NCBI GenBank assembly: GCA_043736295.1
Contig: JAYTCW010000164.1
Span: 223 to 64,222, forward strand
From: Planctomycetota bacterium
GTDB taxonomy: Bacteria > Planctomycetota > Planctomycetia > Planctomycetales > Planctomycetaceae
Direction: 5' to 3'
DNA length: 64,000 nt
In this document: one piece after another, positions 45,161-54,533 of the stretch
How positions within the stretch are numbered: the first letter of the stretch is position 1
Layout: every line of letters begins with the position of its first letter
Translations under genes and position numbers: made by a program
The notes under the pieces: generated by a model
Told to the model about the DNA's origin: nothing
The model's input: the letters and a program-made list of their open reading frames with translations, nothing else
The model's database searches: none

Positions 45161-46285
45161 ATGGCGAATGACGACACTGTGGGGCAGCGAATCGTGCCTG
45201 ATGGACAACGCCCGAGGGCGAATCAACAGGTCTTGTGGTGGAGCCGCTCCGGGCGAGACTACTCGCGAGATCGTATTCTGCGGCAAGCCTTCACTCAGTT
45301 GGGCTGGCAGATTCAGGATTTTTCTCCGTTCCTGAGTTTTGCTGGCGACTGGCAAGCGTGGCTTCAGAGAATTGAGAAGCCGGATGTCGTCTGGGTTCCC
45401 TGCTTTCGCCATCGTGACGCAGCGGCAGCGGCTCGCTGGGCGAAATATCGGCAGGTTCCTATCGTGTTTGACCCGCTGATTAGTGCTTATGACAAAGTCG
45501 TGCATGAGCAGGAACGCGTGGAGAAGGATTCCAAAGTGGCGCGCCGGATGCTGGCCCGAGAATCCGCTCTGATGCAATGCTTCGATGTCGTAGTGGCCGA
45601 TACGCAGTGCCATGCCGATTACTTTTCGAACGACTTTGGACTGAATCCGGATAGGGTCGGTGTCATTCCCGTGGGTGCCGAACCGGGGCTGTTTGTCCCG
45701 CAGCCGTGGGGGCCAGTGTCGTCACGGATTCGTGTGTTATTCTACGGGAGCTTTATTGGATTGCAGGGGCCCGAGATTATTGCGGCAGCTGCGAGACTGG
45801 TTCCAGAGGTGGATTGGCATTTCATTGGGGACGGCCCCCTGAAGCCTCAGTGCCAGGAGTTATGCAGCGGTCTCCATCATGTGACATTCACTCCGTGGAT
45901 TCCTTATGAGCAGTTGCCGTCTCAGATCGGTGCAGCTGACATCTTGTTAGGAGTCTTTGGAACCTCCCAGAAGGCCAGCCGGGTGATTCCGAATAAGGTC
46001 TATCAGTCGCTCGCGTGTGGCCGGGTGGTGGTGACTCGGGTGTCGGATGCTTATCCGGAGGCACTCCTCACTGCGACAGCTCCAGCGACGGGTATGCAAT
46101 TCATTCCTGCGGGGTCTGCCGAGGCTCTGGCGGACGTTGTTCGCCGGTTGGCGAGCGCGCGGTCAGAGTTGCCGAAGTGGGGGAGTCTGGCGAGGCAAAG
46201 TTATGAACAGTATTTTAATCCAGATTCAATTGTCTGTTGCCTGAATGCTCTTCTCGCTCGCGTGATGTCGAAGCCCGGTGGTTGA
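45161..46285 (+). CDS. GT-B fold glycosyltransferase (family 4/1-like)
   Basis: AGGAGA lies 4 nt before ATG 45161. The C-terminal half RVLFYGSFIGLQGPE...ADILLGVFGTS..RVIPNKVYQSLACGRVVVT is typical of Glycos_transf_1. Confidence 0.7.
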   Translation: MANDDTVGQRIVPDGQRPRANQQVLWWSRSGRDYSRDRILRQAFTQLGWQIQDFSPFLSFAGDWQAWLQRIEKPDVVWVPCFRHRDAAAAARWAKYRQVPIVFDPLISAYDKVVHEQERVEKDSKVARRMLARESALMQCFDVVVADTQCHADYFSNDFGLNPDRVGVIPVGAEPGLFVPQPWGPVSSRIRVLFYGSFIGLQGPEIIAAAARLVPEVDWHFIGDGPLKPQCQELCSGLHHVTFTPWIPYEQLPSQIGAADILLGVFGTSQKASRVIPNKVYQSLACGRVVVTRVSDAYPEALLTATAPATGMQFIPAGSAEALADVVRRLASARSELPKWGSLARQSYEQYFNPDSIVCCLNALLARVMSKPGG

Positions 46286-46339
46286 GGCTGCGGCAGTATC
46301 GACACCGCAGGATTGCGGAGTGGAGGGCATCCAAGATGG

Positions 46340-46606
46340 GGCAAGCCGTGAAGGATTTTCACGAGGCGTTTCTCCAGGTTCTGCCCCCTCTCCCCCACAC
46401 TCGGCGACCCTTTCAGTGAGGACTCCACTGAGGGGAGAGGGCCGGGGGTGAGGGGGCTTGAACGAGCGATGTGGCCCCCTCACCCCAACCCTCTCCCCCG
46501 CAAAACGCACTGTCCGAAAGTCACGTCGCTCGCGGGGGAGAGGGGGCCGGAAGCGCGCTGGCTGCCTCGCGAGCGTGATCCCTGAGAAATCCTTCACGGC
46601 CTTGCC
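46340..46606. repeat. Nested G/C-rich palindromic element (three concentric inverted-repeat pairs)
   Basis: Pairs: 46340-46358 / 46587-46606 (GGCAAGCCGTGAAGGATTT vs AAATCCTTCACGGCCTTGCC); 46383-46396 / 46544-46557 (GCCCCCTCTCCCCC vs GGGGGAGAGGGGGC, perfect); 46432-46457 / 46474-46499 (GGGGAGAGGGCCGGGGGTGAGGGGGC vs GCCCCCTCACCCCAACCCTCTCCCCC). All are centred near 46466-46472. Confidence 0.8.
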
Positions 46607-46653
46607 GTAGGAGGCAGCAGGAAAGGCTAATGCCGGGACTCCAGCCCGGCATC

Positions 46654-47418
46654 TCACCTCTTGCGTTTTCCGTGCTTGAGTTCTAACTCGTAGAGCTTGG
46701 CCTCTTTGAGGAACGCATATAAGGCGTTAATTGTGCTCCCGATGAACCCTCGGATACCGTTGCAGAAGCTGCGCCTTAGAATATAGGACCGTAAGAACGT
46801 TAATGGGAATGCCATTAATAATGCGATGAGTGAAAAGCGGCGACCGCCGTCGAAACGCTCCTGAGCCTTGAGGGTGGAATAGGTGTCGTTCTTGAGCAAC
46901 TTTGTCGAGATGCTGCTCTCGCCATAATGAATAATGTTGCCTTTCCCATCGCGCACGGGACCGGTGAGGTGGACGCCTTCGTGAACGTATTCGTCCCCAA
47001 AGTGACCTCGGGACTTTCGCCAGAAACGCACCTTGGCGTTCTTTCGAATCCAAGGTGAATTGGGCAAACTGAGGAATCGATCGTCAAACGGAATGCACAG
47101 ACCAGAGAGTGCCTGATCAGGTAACGCCGCACGAATGTCGTTTAATAGTTCGGGAGTCGCCTCCTCATCGGCATCCAGCTTGAGTACCCAGTCGTGTTGG
47201 CACATTTCCGCTGCCAGGTCGGACATGCGCGACCAGCCAAGCCAGGGCTTGACGTAGACACGGTCGGTGAATTTTCGGGCCAGTTCGACGGTGTTGTCGG
47301 TACTGCCGGAATCCAGAACCACGATGTCTTCGAAGTCTCGGACGCTAGTCAGGACGCGCTCGATGTTGTGGGCTTCATTCTTGGTCAGGATGAACACGCT
47401 GGCGGGGATGGGGCTCAC
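46654..47418 (-). CDS. Family 2 glycosyltransferase
   Basis: ASVFILTKNEAHNIERVLTSV..IVVLDSGSTDNT...LDADE. I chose the GTG start at 47418-47416, which overlaps the upstream TGA (GTGA). The 137-aa ORF-track extension is R/P/G-rich and overlaps the deacetylase gene. Confidence 0.75.
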   Translation of the reverse strand: MSPIPASVFILTKNEAHNIERVLTSVRDFEDIVVLDSGSTDNTVELARKFTDRVYVKPWLGWSRMSDLAAEMCQHDWVLKLDADEEATPELLNDIRAALPDQALSGLCIPFDDRFLSLPNSPWIRKNAKVRFWRKSRGHFGDEYVHEGVHLTGPVRDGKGNIIHYGESSISTKLLKNDTYSTLKAQERFDGGRRFSLIALLMAFPLTFLRSYILRRSFCNGIRGFIGSTINALYAFLKEAKLYELELKHGKRKR

Positions 47419-48203
47419 AGTCGATATCTCCCACGGGTCAGGGCGATGTGGAATTGTAGGAGATCCGCGCGTCCGTGGATTCCGATCCGAGGTATCTCGT
47501 GGAGATTGCCCAGCGGTTCGATGGCCTTGCGGACGGAGACAGCTGAGGTGAAGCCCGCGGCTTTGACGATCGCCACATGGTCCGGAGTATATCGCCCATA
47601 GGGATAGGAGAAGCTCTGGCAGGGGAGCCCCGCGAGTTGCTCGACTGCGGCCTTGGACTGGAGGATCTCGGTCTGTGCCAGGTCGATGTCCGCGCTCAGT
47701 AGAGCGAGGTGAGTCATGGTATGCGCGCCGAATTCGACGAGTCCGCTGGCGGCCATCTCCCGGATCTGAGCCGGTGTGAGCCTGTGGATGCCCGCGATCT
47801 CCGGGGCCAGATAGATCGTGGCTTTGCATCGGTACTTCTGCAGCAACGGAAACAGCTGTTCGTAGTTGTTGGCAAACCCATCATCGAAAGTCAGGGCGAC
47901 CGTGGGACGCATGCAAGGACCGGGGTTGTTGATTAACTCGCTGATGGTGCAGGTCTGATATCCGCGCTGCTTCAAAAAGGCGAGCTGTTGCTCGAACTTG
48001 GCGGGAGGGATATTCATCCCCGTGCCCGTGCCGTGTTCGACACTGTGGTACATCAGGATGCGCGGCCGATCCAGCGATTGGATGGGTCTCCAGAAGTGAT
48101 AACGTGCCAGCCCCCCCAGCAGGCTGATGACCACTCCGGCAGTTCCCCCCACAATCCAGCCCAGCACAATTCGTCCTCTGTGTCGTACTGCATTGAAGTC
48201 CAT
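47415..48203 (-). CDS. Polysaccharide deacetylase (NodB homology) with N-terminal TM anchor
   Basis: ILMYHSV...LTFDDGFANNYE...ATIYL...GAHTMTHLAL...FSYPYG are NodB motifs. Start chosen at MDFNAV (ATG 48203). Confidence 0.8.
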   Translation of the reverse strand: MDFNAVRHRGRIVLGWIVGGTAGVVISLLGGLARYHFWRPIQSLDRPRILMYHSVEHGTGTGMNIPPAKFEQQLAFLKQRGYQTCTISELINNPGPCMRPTVALTFDDGFANNYEQLFPLLQKYRCKATIYLAPEIAGIHRLTPAQIREMAASGLVEFGAHTMTHLALLSADIDLAQTEILQSKAAVEQLAGLPCQSFSYPYGRYTPDHVAIVKAAGFTSAVSVRKAIEPLGNLHEIPRIGIHGRADLLQFHIALTRGRYRL

Positions 48204-48237
48204 CGTGCCTGACTGGCGGGGGATGGGATGCCACTTA

Positions 48238-49083
48238 TCAGGCGGCCTGACGCTGTGCATCGGTGGCTGGTGTGCGGCGTTCGAAATACAGCACGATCCC
48301 GTTGGACCAGTTGAGCGACAGCCAGAAGCCGCGCTGAATCAGGTTCTCGATCAGGCGACCAGACTGCTCGTCTCCGATGATGGCTGGATGCACCTCAATG
48401 CAAATGCGTTCCACGGACGAGAGGTCGACCTCGGGGGCCAGCAGTTCGAGTTCACCGCCCTCGATGTCCACCACAAGAAAGGTCGGTTGAATCTGCTGGA
48501 GCACTTGCTGCAAGGAGACAGTCGGCACCGTGGTACTCTCGGACTTCGCGCGGGAAGCCTGCGCGGCCGATTCGTACCGGCTGGAGAGCAGGAACTTGTC
48601 CGAGACATGAAACTCCTCGGTCCCAGCTGCGCTGGAGATCATGGCCATCTGGAGATGTGGCGTGACTCCATTCAGTTCGAAGTTACGCCTCAGCGTCGGC
48701 TCCATCTGAGGATTGGCTTCGAAGGTATGGACTCGCTCACTCCCTGCGATCTGACAGCAGGTAATCGTGACGATTCCCATGCCCGAGCCGAGTTCCAGGA
48801 CGATGTCATCGGGCCTCAAGCGCTGCTCGATGATCTGGCGCTCGGTGGCTTCATGACGGTCATAATACAGATCGCGGGCTTGCTTGGTGGATGTCCACTC
48901 GCGCATGTCGATCCGCACACTTCCATTCTGAATCTGCTTCGGTCGGAAGAGCTTGCGGGTCAGTTTGGTCCAGCGGGAAACGGTCATGAAGCCTCCGAGG
49001 TGATGCGGTCGGGCGAGCAGGATCTGTCGCCTCGATTGTGTGGGTGTAGGGGTGTTGTCGAATTCCGCTGCCGATGGGCTCAC
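48238..49083 (-). CDS. FkbM-family SAM-dependent methyltransferase
   Basis: VLELGSGMGIVT (SAM motif I) and LVVDIEGGELELL (FkbM hallmark). The GTG start at 49083 overlaps the upstream TGA; the start is uncertain. Confidence 0.65.
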   Translation of the reverse strand: MSPSAAEFDNTPTPTQSRRQILLARPHHLGGFMTVSRWTKLTRKLFRPKQIQNGSVRIDMREWTSTKQARDLYYDRHEATERQIIEQRLRPDDIVLELGSGMGIVTITCCQIAGSERVHTFEANPQMEPTLRRNFELNGVTPHLQMAMISSAAGTEEFHVSDKFLLSSRYESAAQASRAKSESTTVPTVSLQQVLQQIQPTFLVVDIEGGELELLAPEVDLSSVERICIEVHPAIIGDEQSGRLIENLIQRGFWLSLNWSNGIVLYFERRTPATDAQRQAA

Positions 49084-50003
49084 TTGTGAATGATGGGAGC
49101 TGGGGTGTTGAACTCCCAGTGCCCGAAGCGTGAATGCAGCGTCTCGCCCGTGAAGAGATCATCGAGCGCGTAGTGGTCGTGAACCACCTTGTTGAAGATT
49201 CCCATGTCGCAATCCACCGTTTGACAATCGAGCGAGTCGATTTCTGTTGTCAGGGACTCCAGGAGTTCGAGGACACGAACTCGACTTCCTCCGATGATCC
49301 CGGGATTGAAGACTGGCCGATCGAGGTGATGTGTGCGGTGGTATGCCGCCTGCATCTTCTTCAGAACGTGCTTGTTCTCTCGGACGGGTATGCCCTCTGT
49401 TCCCAGAGCGAGCTGTGGGGCGTGGCCTCGCAGCACTTCAAACGGATCGCGACGGAACGCCACATCACGCCCATCGGTGATGAGGACGTATTCGTCCGAG
49501 ATCTGTTTCAGATAGTCACGCACCGCGAAGTGTCGTTCCAGGAACAGGTGACGAGTGCCGATGGAGGCCGGGACCAGGTCAATCGTCGGATACTGATTCC
49601 GGACACTGGTCAGGTCACACGGTCCGGCATGGAGTAGCGTGCCACACAGCCCCACCCGCTCGACGGAACGCAGCCAGGGCTTGAGGAACTCGGCCAGATC
49701 CAGAGTCCGACCAGGCAGCACGGCCACGAGAGTGATTACGCGTCCGGACTTTGTGGTCGCGGGACTCGTGTCGATCTCCATCAGCTGTTCGAGTTGTTGC
49801 TGCTTCCAAAGCTCAACGGCGGCTCGGCGGTGCCCCTTCAAAGGGTATCTGACCCATAAGGGGAGATAGGGGCACAGAGACGTGGAAGTACGGGTTTGCT
49901 GAGACGGGTGTCGTCTGAAAAAACGATCAATGAGTCGCATGAACACCCTCCTTGGCTGCGGGTCGTAAAGATAGATGTGATCAGGATCTCTGTCAATACC
50001 CAT
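49080..50003 (-). CDS. Hypothetical protein, possibly a nucleotide-diphospho-sugar transferase fold
   Basis: VLITDGRDVAFRRDPF (DxD-like) and FNPGIIGG resemble GT-A-type transferases. This is a weak call from memory. The start may be the internal Met at 49940. Confidence 0.35.
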   Translation of the reverse strand: MGIDRDPDHIYLYDPQPRRVFMRLIDRFFRRHPSQQTRTSTSLCPYLPLWVRYPLKGHRRAAVELWKQQQLEQLMEIDTSPATTKSGRVITLVAVLPGRTLDLAEFLKPWLRSVERVGLCGTLLHAGPCDLTSVRNQYPTIDLVPASIGTRHLFLERHFAVRDYLKQISDEYVLITDGRDVAFRRDPFEVLRGHAPQLALGTEGIPVRENKHVLKKMQAAYHRTHHLDRPVFNPGIIGGSRVRVLELLESLTTEIDSLDCQTVDCDMGIFNKVVHDHYALDDLFTGETLHSRFGHWEFNTPAPIIHK

Positions 50004-50214
50004 CGATCAGTGCATCCGTAAGCCGCCTGGGGACTTGGGAACTCATGCTCGACGACCGATTGGTGGTCAGAAATACGCCATTGACGCAAAATCCGGAGGG
50101 GGATACAAGCTGCTGGCCATTAAGCTTAGAGGTCAAAAACCAGAGGGGTGATGTCTTCGTGGCCCTTTGGGCGAGCGCCATTCCCACTTCTGATCCCGCG
50201 TTGCAGGCTCTCTC

Positions 50215-51267
50215 ATGAATTCGTCCAATGACTATCGCGGTATTCGCGTGGTGCATGCCGCGAACTACCAATTGGAAAAGGACGGGCTCGTCTTTTCTAA
50301 TTGCGACATTAAGATGGGGCAAGGACTGATTCAAAACGGCTGTTACGTTTACCCCTTCAGTATTAACGACCGCGCACGGATGTTGTCGTTTCTCGGCAGT
50401 AAAACTTGGGGCAAGGGGAAGGCCAATCGGGCGTTGATTCAGACCTGTGTCAACGTCGCTCCCGACGTGCTGGTTCTGGGGCATGCTCAGTACATCACTC
50501 GTGACACGTTGCTCGAAATCCGCAGGCTGCTACCCGACATTAAAATTGCGTTGTGGTACGTCGATGCGCTGTGGGATCCCAAGAACATCGAGCACATCCA
50601 TCAGCGAACCGACACGCTAGACTCGGTCGTCGTCACGAGCAGCGGTCCGTTATTAAAGGCGATTAGTCGACCGAACTGCCCGGCAGGTTATATGCCCAAT
50701 CCGGTGGAACCTTCCGTCGAGCGACTGCGCGCGTTCGAGAATCCGAAGCCCGAGTACGACCTCGTGTTCTTCGGCTCTGAAAAGTATGCAGCCGATCGGA
50801 TTGTCTTTCTGGAGCGACTGGTCGCCGCCCTACCCGAGTTGCGAATCGGCATCTTTGGGAGTTTGGGCCACCCCAAGGTCTTCGGGAGCCAAAAGGACAA
50901 GATTCTGGCTTCCAGCCGGATGGCACTCAATCTGAATCGACGCAACGATGTGGAGCTGTATTCGTCAGACCGCATCGCACAGCTGACCGGAAACGGGCTG
51001 TTGACACTGACTCATCACGGTGCGGGATTCGAGCAGCTGTTCACTCCAAGTGAAGTGGGGTACTTCGACACGGTGGAGGATCTGATCACCACGGTGAAGC
51101 GCTTCAAGCAGAACGATGCGGAGGCCAGAAGGGTGGCCGAGAATGGCTGGCGGAGAGCACATGCCGATTACTCTGCGGAGCGGGTCGCGCAGTTCATGCT
51201 CGACCTGACCTTTCGCAATGAGAGATACCTGACCGCTCCGTGGTCGAGTCACGTTTTTTGGGGGTGA
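50215..51267 (+). CDS. CgeB-like glycosyltransferase (Glyco_trans_1_2 type)
   Basis: YDLVFFGSEKYAADRIVFLERL...LNLNRRNDVELYSSDRIAQLTGNGLLTL...FDTVEDLITTVKRF fits the CgeB/DUF3880-type family. Confidence 0.5.
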   Translation: MNSSNDYRGIRVVHAANYQLEKDGLVFSNCDIKMGQGLIQNGCYVYPFSINDRARMLSFLGSKTWGKGKANRALIQTCVNVAPDVLVLGHAQYITRDTLLEIRRLLPDIKIALWYVDALWDPKNIEHIHQRTDTLDSVVVTSSGPLLKAISRPNCPAGYMPNPVEPSVERLRAFENPKPEYDLVFFGSEKYAADRIVFLERLVAALPELRIGIFGSLGHPKVFGSQKDKILASSRMALNLNRRNDVELYSSDRIAQLTGNGLLTLTHHGAGFEQLFTPSEVGYFDTVEDLITTVKRFKQNDAEARRVAENGWRRAHADYSAERVAQFMLDLTFRNERYLTAPWSSHVFWG

Positions 51268-51312
51268 ACACTGTTGTGTTCTCAATGGACTGAAACGATC
51301 CTCGACGGACTG

Positions 51313-52164
51313 CTATGCAGGGGGCGGGGAGAGCGACAGGGGAGTGGGATCCGCTGGAGCTTCCTCACTACGCGGCAGCGGCGGCAGGACGCGGATCTCC
51401 CCGTAGAGACCCTCCTGAATCGCTCGATAGCCGTGGTGGCGGATCAGCTCCAGAATTGCCAGGAACATCCCTACGATTCGCGACCGGATCGTTTCGTGGT
51501 CGAACAGCTGGGTGAAAAGGACTTCGCCCTCGGCTAGGACGCGGGAGCCGATCTGTTCGACATAGACCTCGATCGGGGTGTCGTCGTAGCGAATACGGCC
51601 CTCGGTTTGCACGTCGTTCTTCTTGAGGACGCGCCCGAGGGCGCTGACGAGATCCCAGAGTTCGACCTCCTTGATGCGGTCAGCTGCGGGGGTCTTGCCG
51701 ACGACGGGGCGTTCCTCGGAGAGGCGGGGGTAGCGGGACTGCCACTCGATGGCATGGATTTCCAGAGCGTGGGCAGCGTCTCGAAAGCGGCGGTACTCGA
51801 GCATCTTGCGGATGATCTCGCTGGCGGGACCATCGCTGGCTTGGACCTCCTCGGGCTCGGCTTCGGTCACTCCCTCGGAGGGCAACACGTCACGACTCTT
51901 CATCTCGACGAGTGTGCTGGCGACGACCACGAACTCCGACACGAGTTCCAGGTCGATGAACTCCAAGACCGACAGGAATTCCAGGAACTGCGAGGTCATC
52001 CGCGACAGCTGGAGATCGCGGGTGTCGAGTTCGTTCCGGCGGACTAGAAATAGCAGCAGGTCGAGCGGCCCGGTGAAGTGCTCGAGCGACACGCGGAAGG
52101 TCGGGAGTGAGGGGGCCTGGTTCATGGCTCGACGATGTGGTGAGGCGAGGTTGATGCTCGCCAA
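51313..52164 (-). CDS. scpA: Segregation and condensation protein A (kleisin)
   Basis: FRVSLEHFTGPLDLLLFLVRRNELDTRDLQLSRMTSQFLEFL is the conserved ScpA N-terminus. The winged-helix C-terminus is MFLAILELIRH. Confidence 0.8.
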   Translation of the reverse strand: MASINLASPHRRAMNQAPSLPTFRVSLEHFTGPLDLLLFLVRRNELDTRDLQLSRMTSQFLEFLSVLEFIDLELVSEFVVVASTLVEMKSRDVLPSEGVTEAEPEEVQASDGPASEIIRKMLEYRRFRDAAHALEIHAIEWQSRYPRLSEERPVVGKTPAADRIKEVELWDLVSALGRVLKKNDVQTEGRIRYDDTPIEVYVEQIGSRVLAEGEVLFTQLFDHETIRSRIVGMFLAILELIRHHGYRAIQEGLYGEIRVLPPLPRSEEAPADPTPLSLSPPPA

Positions 52165-52635
52165 GAGTGTCCAATGATCTCAATTCTGAGATTGTAGCAG
52201 TCTGCGTCGAATTGCTTCGACGGCAAACACTCTCCACGGAAACCGGATGTCCGGGTCGATTCGGGATCGTGGAACGAGGCATCGATCCGCTGATCTCGGT
52301 CATGCTCAGTCACTTTGCCGGTTGTGTCGAAGACGGGGGACTGCGTGTTCCGCGTGGAGAAAGCCTGTTGTTCGGACCGAAACGTACTCTGTGTGTCCCG
52401 GTGAATGGATCGACTCTCACTTCCCGTTGAAGTCTCCGGTCTCCCGCACACGCTGAAATCGTCCAGACGGCCCTCCTGCTCCAGCGGATTCTGCCGATGG
52501 CGATTTCTCGCCCCAATCGTTCAGCCCCCTCTCAAAGTTGCCCGTCCTGCGACAATCCCCTATCCTTCCAGCAAGGGTCACTACTCCAGTATTACTGGGG
52601 ATGGGGAATTTCCCGAACGGGATGGAGTCTCGCAC

Positions 52636-54447
52636 ATGAAGATGTCTTGGATTCGCGCAGCAGCGCTCTGCGCGGCAGCAGGAATTGGTTCGACGGCGTG
52701 GGCGGAAGAGCCCGCCAAGTTGCAGGCGGGAATGCGGAGTGCCAAGGGACTGATTCAGGACATGGAGTACCTGACCGTCAAGCTCGCCAAGCAACAGGCC
52801 GTGTACGACAAGGATATCTTTCCGAATATCGATGTATTCCTAGTCGGGGTAAATCCCGAGTTGCCAGTGGGTGGGTCTCTGCTGTTTTCGAGTGACAGCA
52901 AGACTGGGCAGCGGAAGATGTTGCAAGTTCCAGTCGATGTGCTGAAACTTGACTTCATTGACGGGAATCTGGATCCCATCGGGATCGTTGCCGAGAAGGA
53001 TCGGAAAGACAAAACACTTTATGAACTCACCGATAATTACGAAGGCTGGATGCGGGCCAAGGGGAACAAGAGCTACGCCAGCATCTCGGAGTTCAAGGCA
53101 GACGTTCCCGTCGAGGTCGCTACTCCCGATGTGACCCTCAACGCGTTGTTCACCAAGGGGTACGACTTCGTCGTCTACAGCCTGAATACCGAGGCGGAAG
53201 CCAAGGTTCGGGCTACGGCCATGCTGAAGGTTAAGGAGACCAAGCTCGCTGATCTGAAGAAGAAGACCGACGAGACCCAAGAGGCATTCGATCTCCGCAA
53301 GCTGCTTCTCTCACAGCGGTCCGACAAGCTGGGGCAGTTGTTCGCCGAATCCCTGTTGCTCGAAGCGGGCTGGACCACGGACGAGACGAAGCATCTGGCG
53401 TTGGGGCAGTCGCATTGGACAGCGCTGCCCAATACGAATCTCGCCAAGTGGATCGCTCAGGTGGAATCGTCCAAGAGTCATTTCGCGAGCTTGAGTGGCA
53501 GCGACAAGTCGGTCTTGACAGCTCGCGTCCTGATTCCCACCTACGGCGATAACGCGACCTTGATGAAAGAGGTCTACAAGCAGACGCCGGTGGTGCTGAA
53601 GCAGCAGATCGAAGCCAACAAAGATCTGAATGCGGAGGAAAAAGCCGCCCGCATCGGGGCGACAGAGGTCGGTATCGCGGCCCTGTCCCAAAGCCTGGAT
53701 ACCGGTGTGTTGGATCTGTTTGTGGACATCGCTCCCTCGGAAGGCAAGTTCCACAGCTTCGTGTTGGGGGCGCGTTCAGCGGATGTCCGGGCCTCGATGG
53801 AAACGCTGGTTGGCCATCTGGGCAAGGTCCGTACGGGCTGGTCGAGCAAGCTCAACATCGAGACGGTCGGCGAGACAAAGTTCCACTCGTTCACGGTCTC
53901 CAAGATGCCGCAGGCGATGCTCGATTTCTACGGTGGCGACGGCACGGTCTATGTGGCTGCGGGGCCCGACTTCGTGGGCTTCGCCACTGGGGTCGGCAGT
54001 CTGGATGTGCTGAAGAACTTGGCAGTGCAGGCCACTTCCGGCGAGAAGAAGTCACTGGAGTCCTTCGTCGATGTGCGATTCCATGCCCGTGAAACCCTGG
54101 ATCTGGCTCACGCCTTCCTGCAAGAGAAGGATTTTGATCTGCTCAACTTGATGCAGAACATCGGAGTTCAGCGGGGAACCCCCGAACTCAAGGAGAAGGA
54201 CGCTCCCAAGGGAAAGAAGCCAGCGGGTAAAGCCGGGAAGAACGACGCGATGAGTACCCTCAAGAACTTCGAATGGCAAAAAACAGCCATTGAGGCGATG
54301 CTGGGCACGGACGATCTGGTCACCCTTCAGTTGAAGCTGGCCCAGGGGGCTGTCGATGGCGAGACCAAGGTCGGCGAAGGCGTGTTGACCGGACTGGGAG
54401 CCGTGATCGCCAAGTTCGCCAAGGAGAACTTCGGCGGCGGCAAGTAG
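52636..54447 (+). CDS. Secreted hypothetical protein
   Basis: I chose the start at MKMSWIRAAALCAAAGIGSTAWAEEP (signal peptide). I recognise no family. It is followed by a canonical terminator. Confidence 0.6.
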   Translation: MKMSWIRAAALCAAAGIGSTAWAEEPAKLQAGMRSAKGLIQDMEYLTVKLAKQQAVYDKDIFPNIDVFLVGVNPELPVGGSLLFSSDSKTGQRKMLQVPVDVLKLDFIDGNLDPIGIVAEKDRKDKTLYELTDNYEGWMRAKGNKSYASISEFKADVPVEVATPDVTLNALFTKGYDFVVYSLNTEAEAKVRATAMLKVKETKLADLKKKTDETQEAFDLRKLLLSQRSDKLGQLFAESLLLEAGWTTDETKHLALGQSHWTALPNTNLAKWIAQVESSKSHFASLSGSDKSVLTARVLIPTYGDNATLMKEVYKQTPVVLKQQIEANKDLNAEEKAARIGATEVGIAALSQSLDTGVLDLFVDIAPSEGKFHSFVLGARSADVRASMETLVGHLGKVRTGWSSKLNIETVGETKFHSFTVSKMPQAMLDFYGGDGTVYVAAGPDFVGFATGVGSLDVLKNLAVQATSGEKKSLESFVDVRFHARETLDLAHAFLQEKDFDLLNLMQNIGVQRGTPELKEKDAPKGKKPAGKAGKNDAMSTLKNFEWQKTAIEAMLGTDDLVTLQLKLAQGAVDGETKVGEGVLTGLGAVIAKFAKENFGGGK

Positions 54448-54475
54448 TCGCTCGCCCAGACGTGGACTGATTCGG

Positions 54476-54508
54476 AAAGCCCAAGGGTGGCCACCCTTGG
54501 GCTTTTTT
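54476..54508 (+). terminator. Rho-independent terminator AAAGCCCAAGGGTGGCCACCCTTGGGCTTTTTT
   Basis: 15-bp perfect palindrome followed by a T-run, 29 nt after the stop at 54447. Confidence 0.8.
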
Positions 54509-54533
54509 GTGTTTCCTGCATGCTCGTCTCTCC

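Noticed and set aside
46268-46310. AAGCCCGGTGGTTGA at the end of the GT-B gene, as a fifth member of the GGTTGCAACC hairpin family
   Set aside because: Only the left half is present and it is coding (SKPGG-stop), with no matching right arm. A different small hairpin, CTGCGG-N11-CCGCAG, follows it.
47419-47829. 137-aa N-terminal extension of the GT2 ORF (ORF-track start 47829)
   Set aside because: The extension overlaps the deacetylase gene in another frame and is R/P/G-rich. The GT2 homology begins right at GTG 47418, which overlaps the upstream stop.
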